Shown: positions 36,301 to 46,665 of the stretch, piece after piece
Layout: every line of letters begins with the position of its first letter
Position numbering within the stretch: the stretch's first letter is position 1
Origin: Zancudomyces culisetae HAW-14-8
Lineage: Eukaryota; Fungi; Kickxellomycota
Direction: 5' to 3'
Assembly (NCBI GenBank): GCA_052426225.1
Contig: JBNJNM010000021.1
Location: 3,100,001-3,164,000 of the forward strand
Length of the DNA stretch: 64,000 nt
Made by a program: the position numbers and the translations under genes
Notes under the pieces: generated by a model
Told to the model about the DNA's origin: nothing
The model's input: only the letters and a program-made list of their open reading frames with translations
Database searches by the model: none

Positions 36301-36570
36301 TGGACCAAGAGACTGGGGTTTTAAGTCCTCGGACTCTTGGGGAGTTGACAGAAAGTGTCCGTCAACTCCAAATCCGTAGGAGCCCAGAACCAATGTCCGT
36401 GAGCAGTATCTCACCGACATTGTATAGGGGAAACAGCTCACCCGAGCACCCTATTATGCACATCACACTACGGGGTAGTGGTGCATCTTCATCAAGTGGT
36501 CATACCCGAACTGGTATGACACATGATGAACTTAATAATCATGGTTACACGAATTATGATTATTACGACA
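30349..36570 (+). mobile_element. Full-length Ty3/Gypsy retrotransposon E3 (LTRs 30349-31194 and 35725-36570)
   Basis: 846-bp LTRs with no differences seen, TSD ACAG (30345-30348 and 36571-36574), PBS TGGCGTCAGCGACAGGAT at 31195-31212 (Ser-like tRNA end, inferred) and PPT AAGGGGGGGAA. Confidence 0.96.
30846..35735 (+). CDS. E3 Gag-Pol polyprotein, ORF starting inside the 5' LTR
   Basis: 1629 aa with CYKCRKNGHYASNC, YDSGA, YIDD, TDAS, the integrase core and GPF. The first 116 codons are LTR-encoded and recur as ORF 36222-36587. Confidence 0.93.
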   Translation: MNYFFYNKSKSKRDSETSSSLSTASSMDQETGVLSPRTLGELTESVRQLQIRRSPEPMSVSSISPTLYRGNSSPEHPIMHITLRGSGASSSSGHTRTGMTHDELNNHGYTNYDYYDMASATGSFSNNDLMDGNQSGTSTDLAASPAMYFSPQSTNNENTPPSPTTAQVARRLFVNGVNKIKEYAPKTIEIFNFDTGNGKQKEKPEASTSKTKLRQQVIGNKSIKEVLESNVKATQERMKRGQNDNTPGWLPVPPPIFTNAWDQDPEEFLNLFCKHVNALEQILTLEETYLYLETFIDGSIKKTLTDLMVIQEDWTEYCTLFISTCNKYRDTTEARKQFEKYNLYNNNPITTFADLKRLFKNMQVNDETKMAEEVFKKLNPTDKQHVRNLAGGITMKSMLAYMIQREEDIIETKKSQGIRIINNTKYVNNINKNYKTYNNKNISTTNTNNNYKNNTKYNNSITSKTNQYKVKENVNVNSRTMYETPSRNSRYQTKDNSNVRCYKCRKNGHYASNCPTEIEDIEMKTASPIKNSANNSQNKEVNLVELGKQTPNTVLCQKEMSRNIKAIMGLVTINGKQTMFQYDSGAATNLMSCAMARTLDLGDGQATEVTILGVGGKESIPVYYPSVKLDFGTFAIKAPFYTIKEGKRDLLLLGIDLFACLKAEISFTHNAITCDVGGKLHQIPMILRCVDNTNEHSDSKIIEINTVNTKNGVINPELIDIHKDQLTKLLTLNRDRFASNLEDFQGAEVNPVKMILKDVNPIKCKPYRLAKRLQEEIMEQIKEMITQGVIVKSSSPYCFPMVVVNKKDGKKRICVDYRKLNEVTKTDAYPIPNIDEILSNLQGSKYFTTLDALSGYWQIPLDKTTQEMTAFTPGPGLGLYQFTVLPFGLTNAPAIFQRVMEEVLKEELYRCTMVYIDDIIIYSKTFEDHIQDVRRIIELLRTKNIKLHADKCRLAYTEVKYLGHIISATGIKPDTENVEKIKNMTPPKDVDSIRSYLGLVGYYRKFIKNFSTIAKPLTTLTKKDVPYEWGVDQQKAYDFLQKQLTSQPILNHPNWDWDFTVITDASKSGVGAILAQGKEGRERIVCYASRTLTPAESNYSITHLEGLAVVWGLTHFHYYLYGRTFTVITDHSALVELFKKEPAKGRIGRWILKLRHYNFKVIHREGKSNPADYLSRFPWEDIPEQVEEVLYISLKGYEELKERVRNKDTAANNDNLLAKLSVIENDIIHTDRTKRKYLHPNELYETIYRIHYEQHRSISATNKYLTEHYYAPGSFNVVKLIVERCEVCQRTNYIQRKAENLHPIIPSEPFRVWGLDVAGPIAPISEPEGNKYIVMAIDYFTKWPVALAVKSINAEVICNFITEMIIANFGVPQILITDRGSHLSNEACARFNEYLGIEQKQVTAYRPSANGQIERSIQTLKQLLIKQTISRPKSWDAYIWRVLLTMRTTPHRTLGRSPAEIVYGLKLLTPEVWNSYLPQDIEKEMAMRNRLEYLENKMPTYRRLVIELAKKQKIYDEDRYNKGVRPRKLQVGEKVLKATTTQNPFTMHRNVGPFEITAILENGVYEIKDRQGHVDKVHVDRLRKYYPEYSIIPDLYTGSARTTGAQADKQPRNTESIEDDQDSRGGMSQ

Positions 36571-36580
36571 ACAGACATAG

Positions 36581-36651
36581 GCGTTAGTAGTATAGCGGTA
36601 GAATAGTTGCCTTCCAAGCAATTGGCCCGGGTTCGACTCCCGGCTGACGCA
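36581..36651 (+). tRNA. tRNA-Gly(TCC)
   Basis: Acceptor stem GCGTTAG/CTGACGC, anticodon arm GTTGC-CT TCC AA-GCAAT and T arm CCGGG TTCGACT CCCGG. Confidence 0.96.
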
Positions 36652-36654
36652 TGT

Positions 36655-36726
36655 GGTTCTGTGGTCTAGAGGCATGATTCTCCCTTAGGGTGGGAGAGGT
36701 CCCGGGTTCAATTCCCGGCAGAGCCC
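36655..36726 (+). tRNA. tRNA-Pro(AGG)
   Basis: Acceptor stem GGTTCTG/CAGAGCC, anticodon arm CTCCC-TT AGG GT-GGGAG and T arm CCGGG TTCAATT CCCGG. Confidence 0.96.
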
Positions 36727-36737
36727 TTACTATATTA

Positions 36738-36743
36738 TTTTTT
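36738..36743 (+). terminator. Pol III oligo-T terminator for the tRNA pair
   Basis: First T6 run after tRNA-Pro; there is no T-run between the two tRNAs. Confidence 0.7.
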
Positions 36744-36851
36744 ATCAATTTTTAATATTAAATTTATAGTATATATAGTAGATGTATTAAGCTATCTGAT
36801 ATATTTTTCAGCTAATGTGATGGCTGAGTTTGGTATAGCACTGATTGTGTC

Positions 36852-37564
36852 AGTTATACTCAGGTCTCGAATCACTTAACTAGTTCTGTTTGCCGTAATA
36901 TGAATGTTTTTTAATAACTTTTATTATTGTTGTAATAATAATAAAACCCTAAGTAAACTATCTCAATGTAGTGTTAATTTCAATTACTAAGTATGTAAAA
37001 AACGTATATGTAAAGTATATTCTGTTAAGAAAGGCTAAAGATGTTTGTTTTCGTTGTCCGCTTCGCTTTTATTTTACTGATCGTTCAGATATTCAGCTTT
37101 ACTATTATAAATATTTAAATATAAAATAACTACAAGTTAATTGGTAGTTATATTATGCTAAGGTATCGCAGTTGATTCGCTAGCAAAAAGTATGTAGCCG
37201 TTATACTACAAGTTATACTCAGGTCGCGGATCACTTTAATGGGGTTTTGATTGCCGTAATAGGAATGCAATTAATAGCTGTAAATATTGTTTTAATAAAA
37301 TATAACACCAAGTAAACTATATCAGTATCAAGTGCTATTTGCTATTAGTAAGAACATAAAACTTATATGTAATGTCAAATCAGTTATTAGGCTAAAGATG
37401 TGCTTTTTCGTTGGCTACGCTCGTTATAATTATGATCGTTCTGAAATTCCAACTAGATAAATATAGTAATTATATTATTGATCTCGATATGAATTGTTTG
37501 GTGGTAATATTCTCTAAGTAATCGCATTATACGCTAGCAAAAAGTATTTAGGCGTTATACTACA
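36852..37564. repeat. Two diverged tandem units of ~355 bp (36852-37210, 37211-37564)
   Basis: Colinear shared blocks AGTTATACTCAGGTC, TTGCCGTAATA, AAGTAAACTAT, AGGCTAAAGATG, TGATCGTTC and CGCTAGCAAAAAGTAT..GTTATACTACA. Confidence 0.85.
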
Positions 37565-37740
37565 GTATCACATCTATAATATATATATTTACATTTTACT
37601 ATAAATATAATTATTATATATCCACTAGTAGTAATAATGATATTGTAACACTTAATCGTACAATTTACATCAATTCATTTTTATTGCCTTAGATATGTAA
37701 CCATTAATAAAAGGTAAATATATAAAAATATAAGGCTATA

Positions 37741-39348
37741 CAATGACTTGTAAAAATCGTTATAATGTTTTGATGTTCATTTAGAATAAATTTTATCTCA
37801 CGAATTCAAATCGTATCACTATAAATTTTACAAAAATTAATCAACCGAATACCATATATTACAAAACTATTTTTAGTATACTTGAACCAGCCAATCAACT
37901 GTGGTTATAGTTTTTGTAAAAAAATTAGTTTTGAACAATTTTTTGGTTTTAAATTAAAATTTCAATTTAGATGATAGCTTAATCATTATGTAAGATATCA
38001 TTTAAAAATTTATAAGTTACTAAAAATAACTTACAATTATCTACACAATATATTTTATTATTATATTATAAATTTTTGATAAATTAAATTCGATGAAAAA
38101 ACTCAATAAAGAAATAATTTGTAGTGATATATATCTACTGGATAATGGAAACGCATATAGCCAAATACGTAAAAACTACCTATTAGTAATGGGACAATAT
38201 CTAACCTAAATTATAAGTATCGTACATCAATAAAAAATTTATCACATGGCAGCTCAAATAAATTGACAAAAGCTAATGAGCGATTAATAATTCGGAAAAT
38301 TACGTCTGGACAATTTGATACAGCGACAGAAGCTACAAAATTTTTCAAGAATAATGGTCTCGTAGCTGTGGTTCCTCAAACAGTGCAAAATAGCTTTAAT
38401 AAAAATGATTTAAGTGCAAAACCTAAGGTCAAAAAACCTATGCTAAAATTAGGCCTTATTAAACAACGACTTGCATTTGCTAAAAATAATCAGCATTGGA
38501 CTGTAAAAGACTGGAAACGTGTGATATGGTCATACAAGACTAAAATTAACAGATTTGGATCAGATGGGCGCATGTGGTGCTGGAAAAAACAAGGGAGCCA
38601 GTTAAAACCGAACCATGTTAAAAAAACTATAAAACATGGTGGAGGTTCAATCATGATATGGGGATGCATGACATCAGAAGGCCCAGGATATCGTACTAAA
38701 ATTGATTGCGGACTTAATGCAGAATTGTATTGTGATATTCTTGAAGACGAACTGGTAATATCAATGGAGTGGTACGACTTAGACAGGAAAAGTACAATTT
38801 TTCAGCATGATAACGATCCAAAACACACCGCGAAAATTACTAAAGAATGGTTGCAAACTAACTCAATTCAGGTGCTTGACTGGCCAGCACAGTCACCTGA
38901 CCTAAATCCAATTGAACATCTATGGGTCAATTTGAAAAGACGGCTATCAAATCACGAAAATGCACCTAAAGGGATAAACGAACTTTGGGACCGCGTACAA
39001 GACGTGTGGAATAAAATAAGACGTGACGAGTGTATGTCGCTAATCAGTAGCATGCCAACAAGCATTAATGATTATTGAAAGCTAGGGGTGGATATACTAA
39101 ATACTAGTTTAATTAAGTTTATTTAATTTTATTTTATTAGCAAATAAATTATTCAAATATAATATTTATACAAAAAGTATAACTACTTTAGATTGGATGG
39201 TTCATGTATTCTAAAAATTTGATTGGTAATTCATGGTATATGGATGTATAATATTTGTAAATTTTATAGTGATACGATATAAAGTTCGTGAGATAAAATA
39301 ATTTTTAAATGAACATCAAAAACATTTGAACAATTTATTGAGTCACTG
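37741..39348 (+). mobile_element. Tc1/mariner DNA transposon, copy 1 (defective transposase ~38093-39106)
   Basis: TA-flanked CA(A/G)TG...CACTG imperfect TIRs and motifs KHGGGSIMIWG, FQHDNDPKH and SPDLNPIEHLW. WSDE is changed to WSYK and there are frameshifts at both ends. Confidence 0.93.
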
Positions 39349-40920
39349 TATATAACATCAGAAGTGTTATAAATGTGGTTGAAAAGGTCATCTGTATGCT
39401 GAGTGCAACAACAGGATGATTTAACTACAAAATTATTATTTAAAATATCAAAAAGGTGAAGAAATAATGGTCAAAAAACATGTTTTGGATAACGTGTTTT
39501 GCAATAAAAACAGTAATTTAGCTGCATATAACAGACCAATTATTTCTGTAAATATTTTTATGACATCACAGAACCATTTCAAGTTGACTGCCTCATTGTT
39601 AGTGGGTCTTTTGAGAACTTTATCGACATTAATGTCGCAAAAAAGTTAAAATTATTACCTTCACCACTTGACATCCCATTCAGTATTGAATCTATTGATG
39701 GTAACATGCTTAGTACAACTGGTATTAACCATTTATACATTGATATCAAAGTTTCAATCGGAAATGGTCACACAGAAAACATCAACTTACATCCAATTCA
39801 ATCTGTTCATGGTCATGTGATTTTAGGCATGCCATGGTTAAAAAAGCACAATCCAAGTATCAATTGGGATACTTTCGACATCTTATTTGAACTTGATTAC
39901 GGTTTGAACTATTGTGTACACCCAAGAGACCTGTAGATAATATATATCGACCAGAAGTATCATCCGAGGATGAAAATAAGGATCAAATAAGTGAAAATAG
40001 TGATCAAAATAGTGAAAAAAGTGATGATAGCAACAGTTATTTTGGACTAAACAACACTTCAGAATCGGATACTATACATGCAAATACTATTGTCTAAAAT
40101 CAAATCTTAATTGTTTACATCAGGAAATAACGTAGCACAAACGGGTGCAAAAACAAAAAATAAGGTGAGAAATATAGTAAAGAAAAAAGTATCACGTGAG
40201 AATAACAAGATCTCTGAAGCCGTACAAACTGATGATTATAGTAATTATGGATATCTACTTGATCATGAGATGTTTAGTACACCTAAAACTAATAGTGCGG
40301 ATGTCAATGAACAAAAACAAGAAATCATTGAAGAAAATACAACTATAAATGCTAAAAAATCTAACAAATATGACATCGAATTTGATGAAAACATGATTTT
40401 AGTGAGTTGAACAAGCTCGTACAACAAATGTAATTGCAAAACATAGGACTTACAAGAAATATATAATTTAACAGATAGTGAAGATGAAGAACAAAAAATA
40501 ATTGACATTACAAAAAAGAATCAAAGTATCATTTTACATGAAAATAGTGATAAGAATGAGTTTAAAAATGGAAAAATGAATGAAAATATTGAAGATAACA
40601 CTACCAAACCAGCATGTGTTGCTGAAAATTCATCAGCTATAAACTCAAACACAAATAGTGACTCAATAGAAAGTATTACAACTCATATCTATCAATGAAT
40701 AAATTCAAAAAATTTAAGAAAAAATTCAAAAAATTATGATAATAGTGAAAAAATATTAACTAAAGTTGATTTAAAAAATAACAAGGAAACATCCATTGCA
40801 CCTGAAACTACCAATGAAGGTAGTACGACTTCTCCACCAACTACTGAAACTACAACTACTAAAAATCTTGACCTTGATGCAGAGTTATAACCAATTTCAA
40901 CACCTACTTTTAAGCCTATA

Positions 40921-41728
40921 TGTTAGGAATGGCCAACTCCCGGAACATAATTTGTAGTTACAATTTGGCCTACTAAATATCTAACCTATTTTATTTTTTC
41001 ATTTCCGGTTTTCTAATATGCCATTTCGACATTGGAATCGAGTTTGCAAAATTCACCATGAATTTTCTTATTTTATTATTGGGAAAATTTACTAAGCAAT
41101 ATCAAGAAATTATCCAATAATTAAATATAACAAAAATCCTTGAAAAAATTGGATAAACCAAATCCTTGAAAAAATTGGATAAACCAAATCCATGATTAAA
41201 TTGGATAAACCAAATCCATGATAAAATTGATAAATATAATCAATGATAAAATCGATAAACAAAAACCATGATAAAATCGATAAACAAAATCAATGCTAAA
41301 ATCGATAAACAAAAACTATGATAAAATCAATAAACAAAATCATTGTTAAAATTGATATACTAAATCAATGTTTAAATTGATAAACCATATCTATGTTAAA
41401 ATCAACAAATGAAAATTACAAGTTTCACGATAAGTAGATACCTAAAACTAGTTCAATTTTACATAGACAAATTTTATAGCTAAGATTTATTGACTTTAAG
41501 TTTTTCTTCACAGGAAAATTCTCTGATGAAAAATTATATAAACCCTTCGATATTCCGTTGGGATACATCAGAGAAAAAGATATATTTATCAACACATCAA
41601 ATATTATATTTTTCTAAATACTTACTTCTCCCTAAATAAATATTAATCAAGCATAACAAATCTCTACTCCAAGTTATAAGCAGCTCATTGTTTATAACAC
41701 ATATAAGTTAAAAATATAAAAAATAACA
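40921..41728. mobile_element. Solo LTR containing a minisatellite
   Basis: TGTTA...TAACA termini flanked by CCTATA (40915-40920 and 41729-41734). Confidence 0.7.
41134..41410. repeat. Minisatellite, about 11 units of 25-26 bp (AAATCAATGATAAAATCGATAAAC-like)
   Basis: Contiguous degenerate tandem units with no spacers. Confidence 0.85.
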
Positions 41729-42065
41729 CCTATAGATATTCCATCTCTACTCAAGTTACTCCAATTACAACTAATACTACTGTTACATCATATAACAACA
41801 AGGCCACTACTTATTACATCAAGATGATACAAATTCAATGGATATTGATGCTTTTTCAACTGAAAAACACATAATTTAAATGAAAATATTGATGAAAAAA
41901 TGGATATAAATATACTTTTTAAATATGATACTGTAATCAAAACTGTTTCAATGATAACGATACTGATACTACATCTACATCTACTGTTATACCTACAAAT
42001 GATATTAAATTTACTGACGTCTTTGATGAAAAAATATCTAAAATATTGCTAAATCATCGCGATTA

Positions 42066-44393
42066 TGTGTAAAGATCTGGAGTCAGGAAAGTTAATTTAT
42101 TATTATAATGTTTATTGTATGAATGTTTACAAGATACTAGATACTGTATCCAAGACTGTAAACTTGTACCCTTTTTATACTTTTTTCCATATCTTGGTTT
42201 TTGAACAAAATCACTATGAAAACTGCGGAATAGATAAAAATGCAAGTTAAAGAAAAACGTGTTTGATTACTAATCAAATTGGATTAGTAATCAAACAAAA
42301 ATCAAATATGAATGCTAATAAAGTTAAACATGTGAAAATTATTACGTAAGAAAAATTAATAAATAATGTGAAAGATTGGTAATGTTCTAGAATGTTGGGG
42401 AACATTCTAAACATTACTGCGGATGTAAATCAGATGATTCTAGAACATTTCGAACATTCTTGAATCAGTTCATGACATCTTCATAGCTCCCCGCACAATG
42501 TTTCGTTAGGCCATATCTGAAGCGACTATGCATTCGCTCTACCCCTTCCATCCATTCAGGTTAGTAGGGTATGTTGAAACTAAGTTTAACATTTAAATCC
42601 TTGCAATATTGATCGACAACATTGTTCCTAAAACTCGTAGCATTATCAACATAAAATTCTGTTAGTATCCCAAAACACATAACTAGTTTTTTCATTACTC
42701 TTCAGTAGTAACCCCTATCAGGTCGGATGTCGGATAATTAACCTGAAACCTGATTAGACTTTCTGGCCCAACCAACAAGTATGATTAACCATTTGGGATA
42801 TGAACAACGGACCCAGTTAGTCTAAGGCCTTTCTCGATAACAGTCCTGAAACGATATCTGTCTTGTGAATTTCTACTTGGTCTCTTGAAATTATAAACTT
42901 GATATTCACGACAGTACGGAAATATTCTTTTATAACCTGGAACAGTTTGGGGCACCAAAATCGGTTCATACCCATTCACAAATGGTTTGATACCCTAAGT
43001 GAATCATTTGATCATGCATAATTCTCAAGATAATATATACTTAATCTTTTGTTCTAAGTACTTCTAAACTAATTCTGTTTGCCAACCTATATAACTTATC
43101 AATGTATTAATAATCATATGATTTATAATCTTTAAATTTTAGCCTTTGATATTTGTTCTAAAGATTGAAAAATAATTTGTAAGTATTTGCAGATAAAATA
43201 CAGTCCCACATCGCTTTATCTGAAATTGACATATAATTAGGTTTGCGAAGATAATCCCCACTACATTAACTTTGCCTTTCCGGTGTTGTAAGGTAAAAAT
43301 ACATTCTGAAAGGATGTAGAGCCATTAGCAATCCTAAATGAGGTATCCTGTCGTGTTAGTACATTCTTAGCTGCGGATTTATCGGTTATGACTGTGATCG
43401 GTTTGGTAATAAGAAAATGACGAAAATGTTTAATTGCCTGCACAATAGGTAAACTACCTGTTCGTATACCGAGTATTGATTTTCGGGGCATGAAAATATT
43501 TTCGAGAAATATGCAACTGGTTTTATCTTTTTGCCGTGACTTTGTTCCAGAACAGCTCCTGCGGCAATCGATGATGCATCCGTATATAATAAAAATTACT
43601 TTTCTTACTGTGGTTGAGCTAAGACAGCGCCTGAGTGTTAAATATTCTTCAACCGAGTAAGACTCTGCCTACACACGTCAGTCCATTCGTATCCATTGTT
43701 ATATATAGTTAATTCTTGATTCGGCCTTACCACTTCCGAATACGTTGAAATAAATTTACATAAATAATTTAACAATTTTAGCACTGATTGTACTTGTTTA
43801 ATTTTCTTATGAGTAAAGTTTATTTTTAATTTACGACTTTAGTTGTATCCGGTTTAACTCCATCGGGACTTATGGTTAGTCCCAAATGCTTGAATTCCGC
43901 AGTGCCAACATTACATTTTGTAGCACTAAGGGTGACAGAATTATCTCTAAAACTGCAAAAACTATTCTTAGATGGGATACGTGTTAGGATAAACCTGATG
44001 AAAATACTGCAATGTTGTCTAGATATACGACTACAAACTGGAAAAGGAAATACGCTAGAATTCTTTCCATTATGCGGGAAAAATGGGCCGGTGTGTTATA
44101 CAACCCAAACGGAAGAACACAAAATACATAAAGACCTAACGGACTTATAAACGCAGTCATGGGTCTGGACGTGACTGACACGTTGCAATACAAATATCCT
44201 GAACAGCAATCCTAGGTCGAGAATAATTTTGCTTTTGCGAGCGATGTGGTCAATCATCTATCCTAGCGAGTGGAGACCTAACTTTCTCTGATATCTCGTT
44301 AACTGTCAATAAATGATACAAAAACTATATGCACCGTCTGACTTTTTAACTAATAATTTGCTGATTCCCAACTGGCGTAGATTTCTTGAATTA
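42066..44393 (-). pseudogene. Decayed Ty3/Gypsy pol (RT, RNase H, integrase) with probable 3' LTR 42066-42477
   Basis: Minus-strand motifs TAFISPLGLYVFCVLPFGLYNTPAHF..VYLDNI, YTDASSIAAGAVLEQ and AIKHFRHFL..ITD. A purine-rich tract precedes TGTCATG at 42477. Confidence 0.75.
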
Positions 44394-45955
44394 TAGTGAG
44401 TTTCAAAAATGTCTCAAAATATTAAAAATTTTTGCAAAGTGTAATATCTCGCTCAATAATATCCAGCAATTATATGTTTTTATACTATATAATGCACATT
44501 AGTTATAAATAATTTTAATTAAACTGTATTTTTTTTGGTTATAAATTCATTATGAAATTAAAATAGAAAAATTTTAAAAATGAGACAATTTTGGGAATTA
44601 TCAAAATAAAAACTTAAAAATTCTGTCCACCTTCCTTTAGACTTGATAACTGCCTCAACTCTTTTGGGCATACTATCTATAAGACCAAGTATTGTTTCCA
44701 CTGAAATTAAATTCCATTCCGTTTCTATTCGCTCCCATAATTCGATCATCCCGGACGGAGGTTTACTGTATCTATTTAGGCGTCTTTTGCTGATTGCCCA
44801 TATAGTTTTGATTGGGTTTAAGTCTGGAGATTGTGGCAGCCAGTTCAATGTATTATATTCCTGGTTATCAAGCCAGCATGTAACTAACTTTGAGGTATGT
44901 TTAGGATCATTGTCATGTTGAAATATTATTGACTTGGGATCCAACTTGTAGTACTTTATTGTATTGCTAAGCTCGTCTTTTAAAATGTTTAAATAACCTT
45001 CCTTGTTTAACATTCCTTCTATTCGGCACATGTAGCCAGTTCCAAATGCTGTGATGCATCCTCATATCATTAATGATCCTCCACCGTGTTTTACGGTCTG
45101 GTTAATATTGTGCGGCTGTAGACTCACACCATCACGAACCCAAGTCCATTCATTTCCATCAGATCCAAATCGGTTGATTTTAGTTTCGTCGGACCAAATT
45201 ACTCGTTTCCAATCATCAGTAGTCCAGTGGCGATGAGAATTTGCGAATCTCAACCTTTTTGCAATATTTTTAAGGCTCAGTTTCGGTTTGGAGGCCTTCT
45301 TTATTGCAACAGCATTTAGATCATTAAAAGCCCTATATATTGTAGACTTACTAGCACTAACAATATTATCCATTTCTAACTTCTTTTGTACCGAAGTAGC
45401 AGATCGATACTTTCCAGATAATATCATCCTAGTACATATTCGCTTGCTTTGGGGTGTAAGCTCTGCTGGACGACCGCGTTTATTAGCCGGTAAATTGATA
45501 TTCATTGCTGCTTTTATTCTGTATATTGTTGCTTTACTAACTCCATGTTCTATAATGATTTGGTCAATGTTTCTGCCTTCAAGTATCGCGTTTTTTATAT
45601 CCAGTATACGTCGTTCAGATATCATTTTTTAAAAAATTATTATTTTGATTAGTATAACAATTATATATATTATTATACGTAAAAGTTTAAAAATATATAA
45701 GTTTGAATTCATAAAGTTATGATAGTTTAAATTTTTTTTTTGAAAAATTCCCAAAATTGACTCATTTTTAAATTTTTTCAATTTAAAATTTCATAATGAA
45801 TTTTTATCCAATTATTTTACAGTTTATATAAAATTAACATATAACATATGTGCATTATATTATATAAAAAACATATAATTTCTGGATAATATTGAGCGAG
45901 ATATTACACTTTATAAATTAATTTCAATATTTTGAGACATTTTTGAATCTCACTG
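44394..45955 (-). mobile_element. Tc1/mariner transposon of a second family; transposase 45625-44558 with an in-frame TGA at 45062-45064
   Basis: ~220-bp TIRs (C/T)AGTGAG...CTCACTG flanked by TA, with motifs WSDETK, KHGGGSLMI*GC, FQHDNDPKH and SPDLNPIK. Confidence 0.92.
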
Positions 45956-46599
45956 TATTAATATATAATAAATTATTTGAAAATAAATATATTGATACAT
46001 TAAAATAATGTATATGTAACTTCGATATTCTGTATAGGTTTAAAATGTTTGAAATTTCGAACAGAAAATTTTTACACTAGAATCAGCATCATGGGCAATA
46101 AATATCAAGATTTAACCTAAATAAAATATTTAATTTAATTAAATTATAATAATATTTTTATAAGTCAATCCCCAAATAATCATAATACCAGTTTGATTAA
46201 AATACTTTATATGAATCATAATTAAGTTTTAAAATGTTTACCTATTGCAATTCGATAATATTTAGATTATAAATTAAAAATTGTCAATGTTAGACTTTAA
46301 TCAAGTTTGATTAGAAATTAAATTAATTTTATTTTAATCATTATAATTTTATCTAAGTATTGTGATAGTATATTAAATATAAATTTCAGCATAAATTACA
46401 TTTTATATAATATTTATAAATTATTAATCCAAGTAAATATTTTTACTATAGTTCAGGTCCAAACTATAGGTATGTGCCAGAGTAATAAAATGTAAATAAT
46501 ATAAATGTTTGCTAATAAATGATATTTCTTGTCGTGTTTAACCTGAAATTCTTGTAGCCTCAGTTTAGTTTTGTTATTCAGTTGTTGAGAATATGGCGT

Positions 46600-46665
46600 T
46601 TTTCTAGTTCTAGCTTTGCTTTTTCTAGTTCTAGCTTTGCTTTTTCTATTTCTAGCTTTGCCTTT
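46600..46665. repeat. Three copies of a 21-bp unit TTTTTCTAGTTCTAGCTTTGC
   Basis: Directly visible; reads AKLELEK repeats on the minus strand. Confidence 0.75.

Larger units (their letters stand above)
39355..42060 (+). pseudogene. Decayed Gypsy gag-protease remnant followed by a long low-complexity Asn/Thr/Glu-rich reading frame
   Basis: CYKCG*KGHLYAEC knuckle at ~39365, protease tail VILGMPWLKKHNPSINW and many stops. Interrupted by the LTR at 40921-41728. Confidence 0.65.

Noticed and set aside
41134-41410. Regularly spaced 25-26 bp repeats resembling a CRISPR array
   Set aside because: Units are contiguous with no unique spacers, there are no cas genes, the context is eukaryotic and the repeat lies inside an LTR.
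45062-45064. TGA at conserved Trp positions as evidence of an alternative genetic code
   Set aside because: One such site is TAG, intact genes use TGG for Trp, E1 ends in TGA and the affected elements carry other lesions, so ordinary nonsense mutations explain it.
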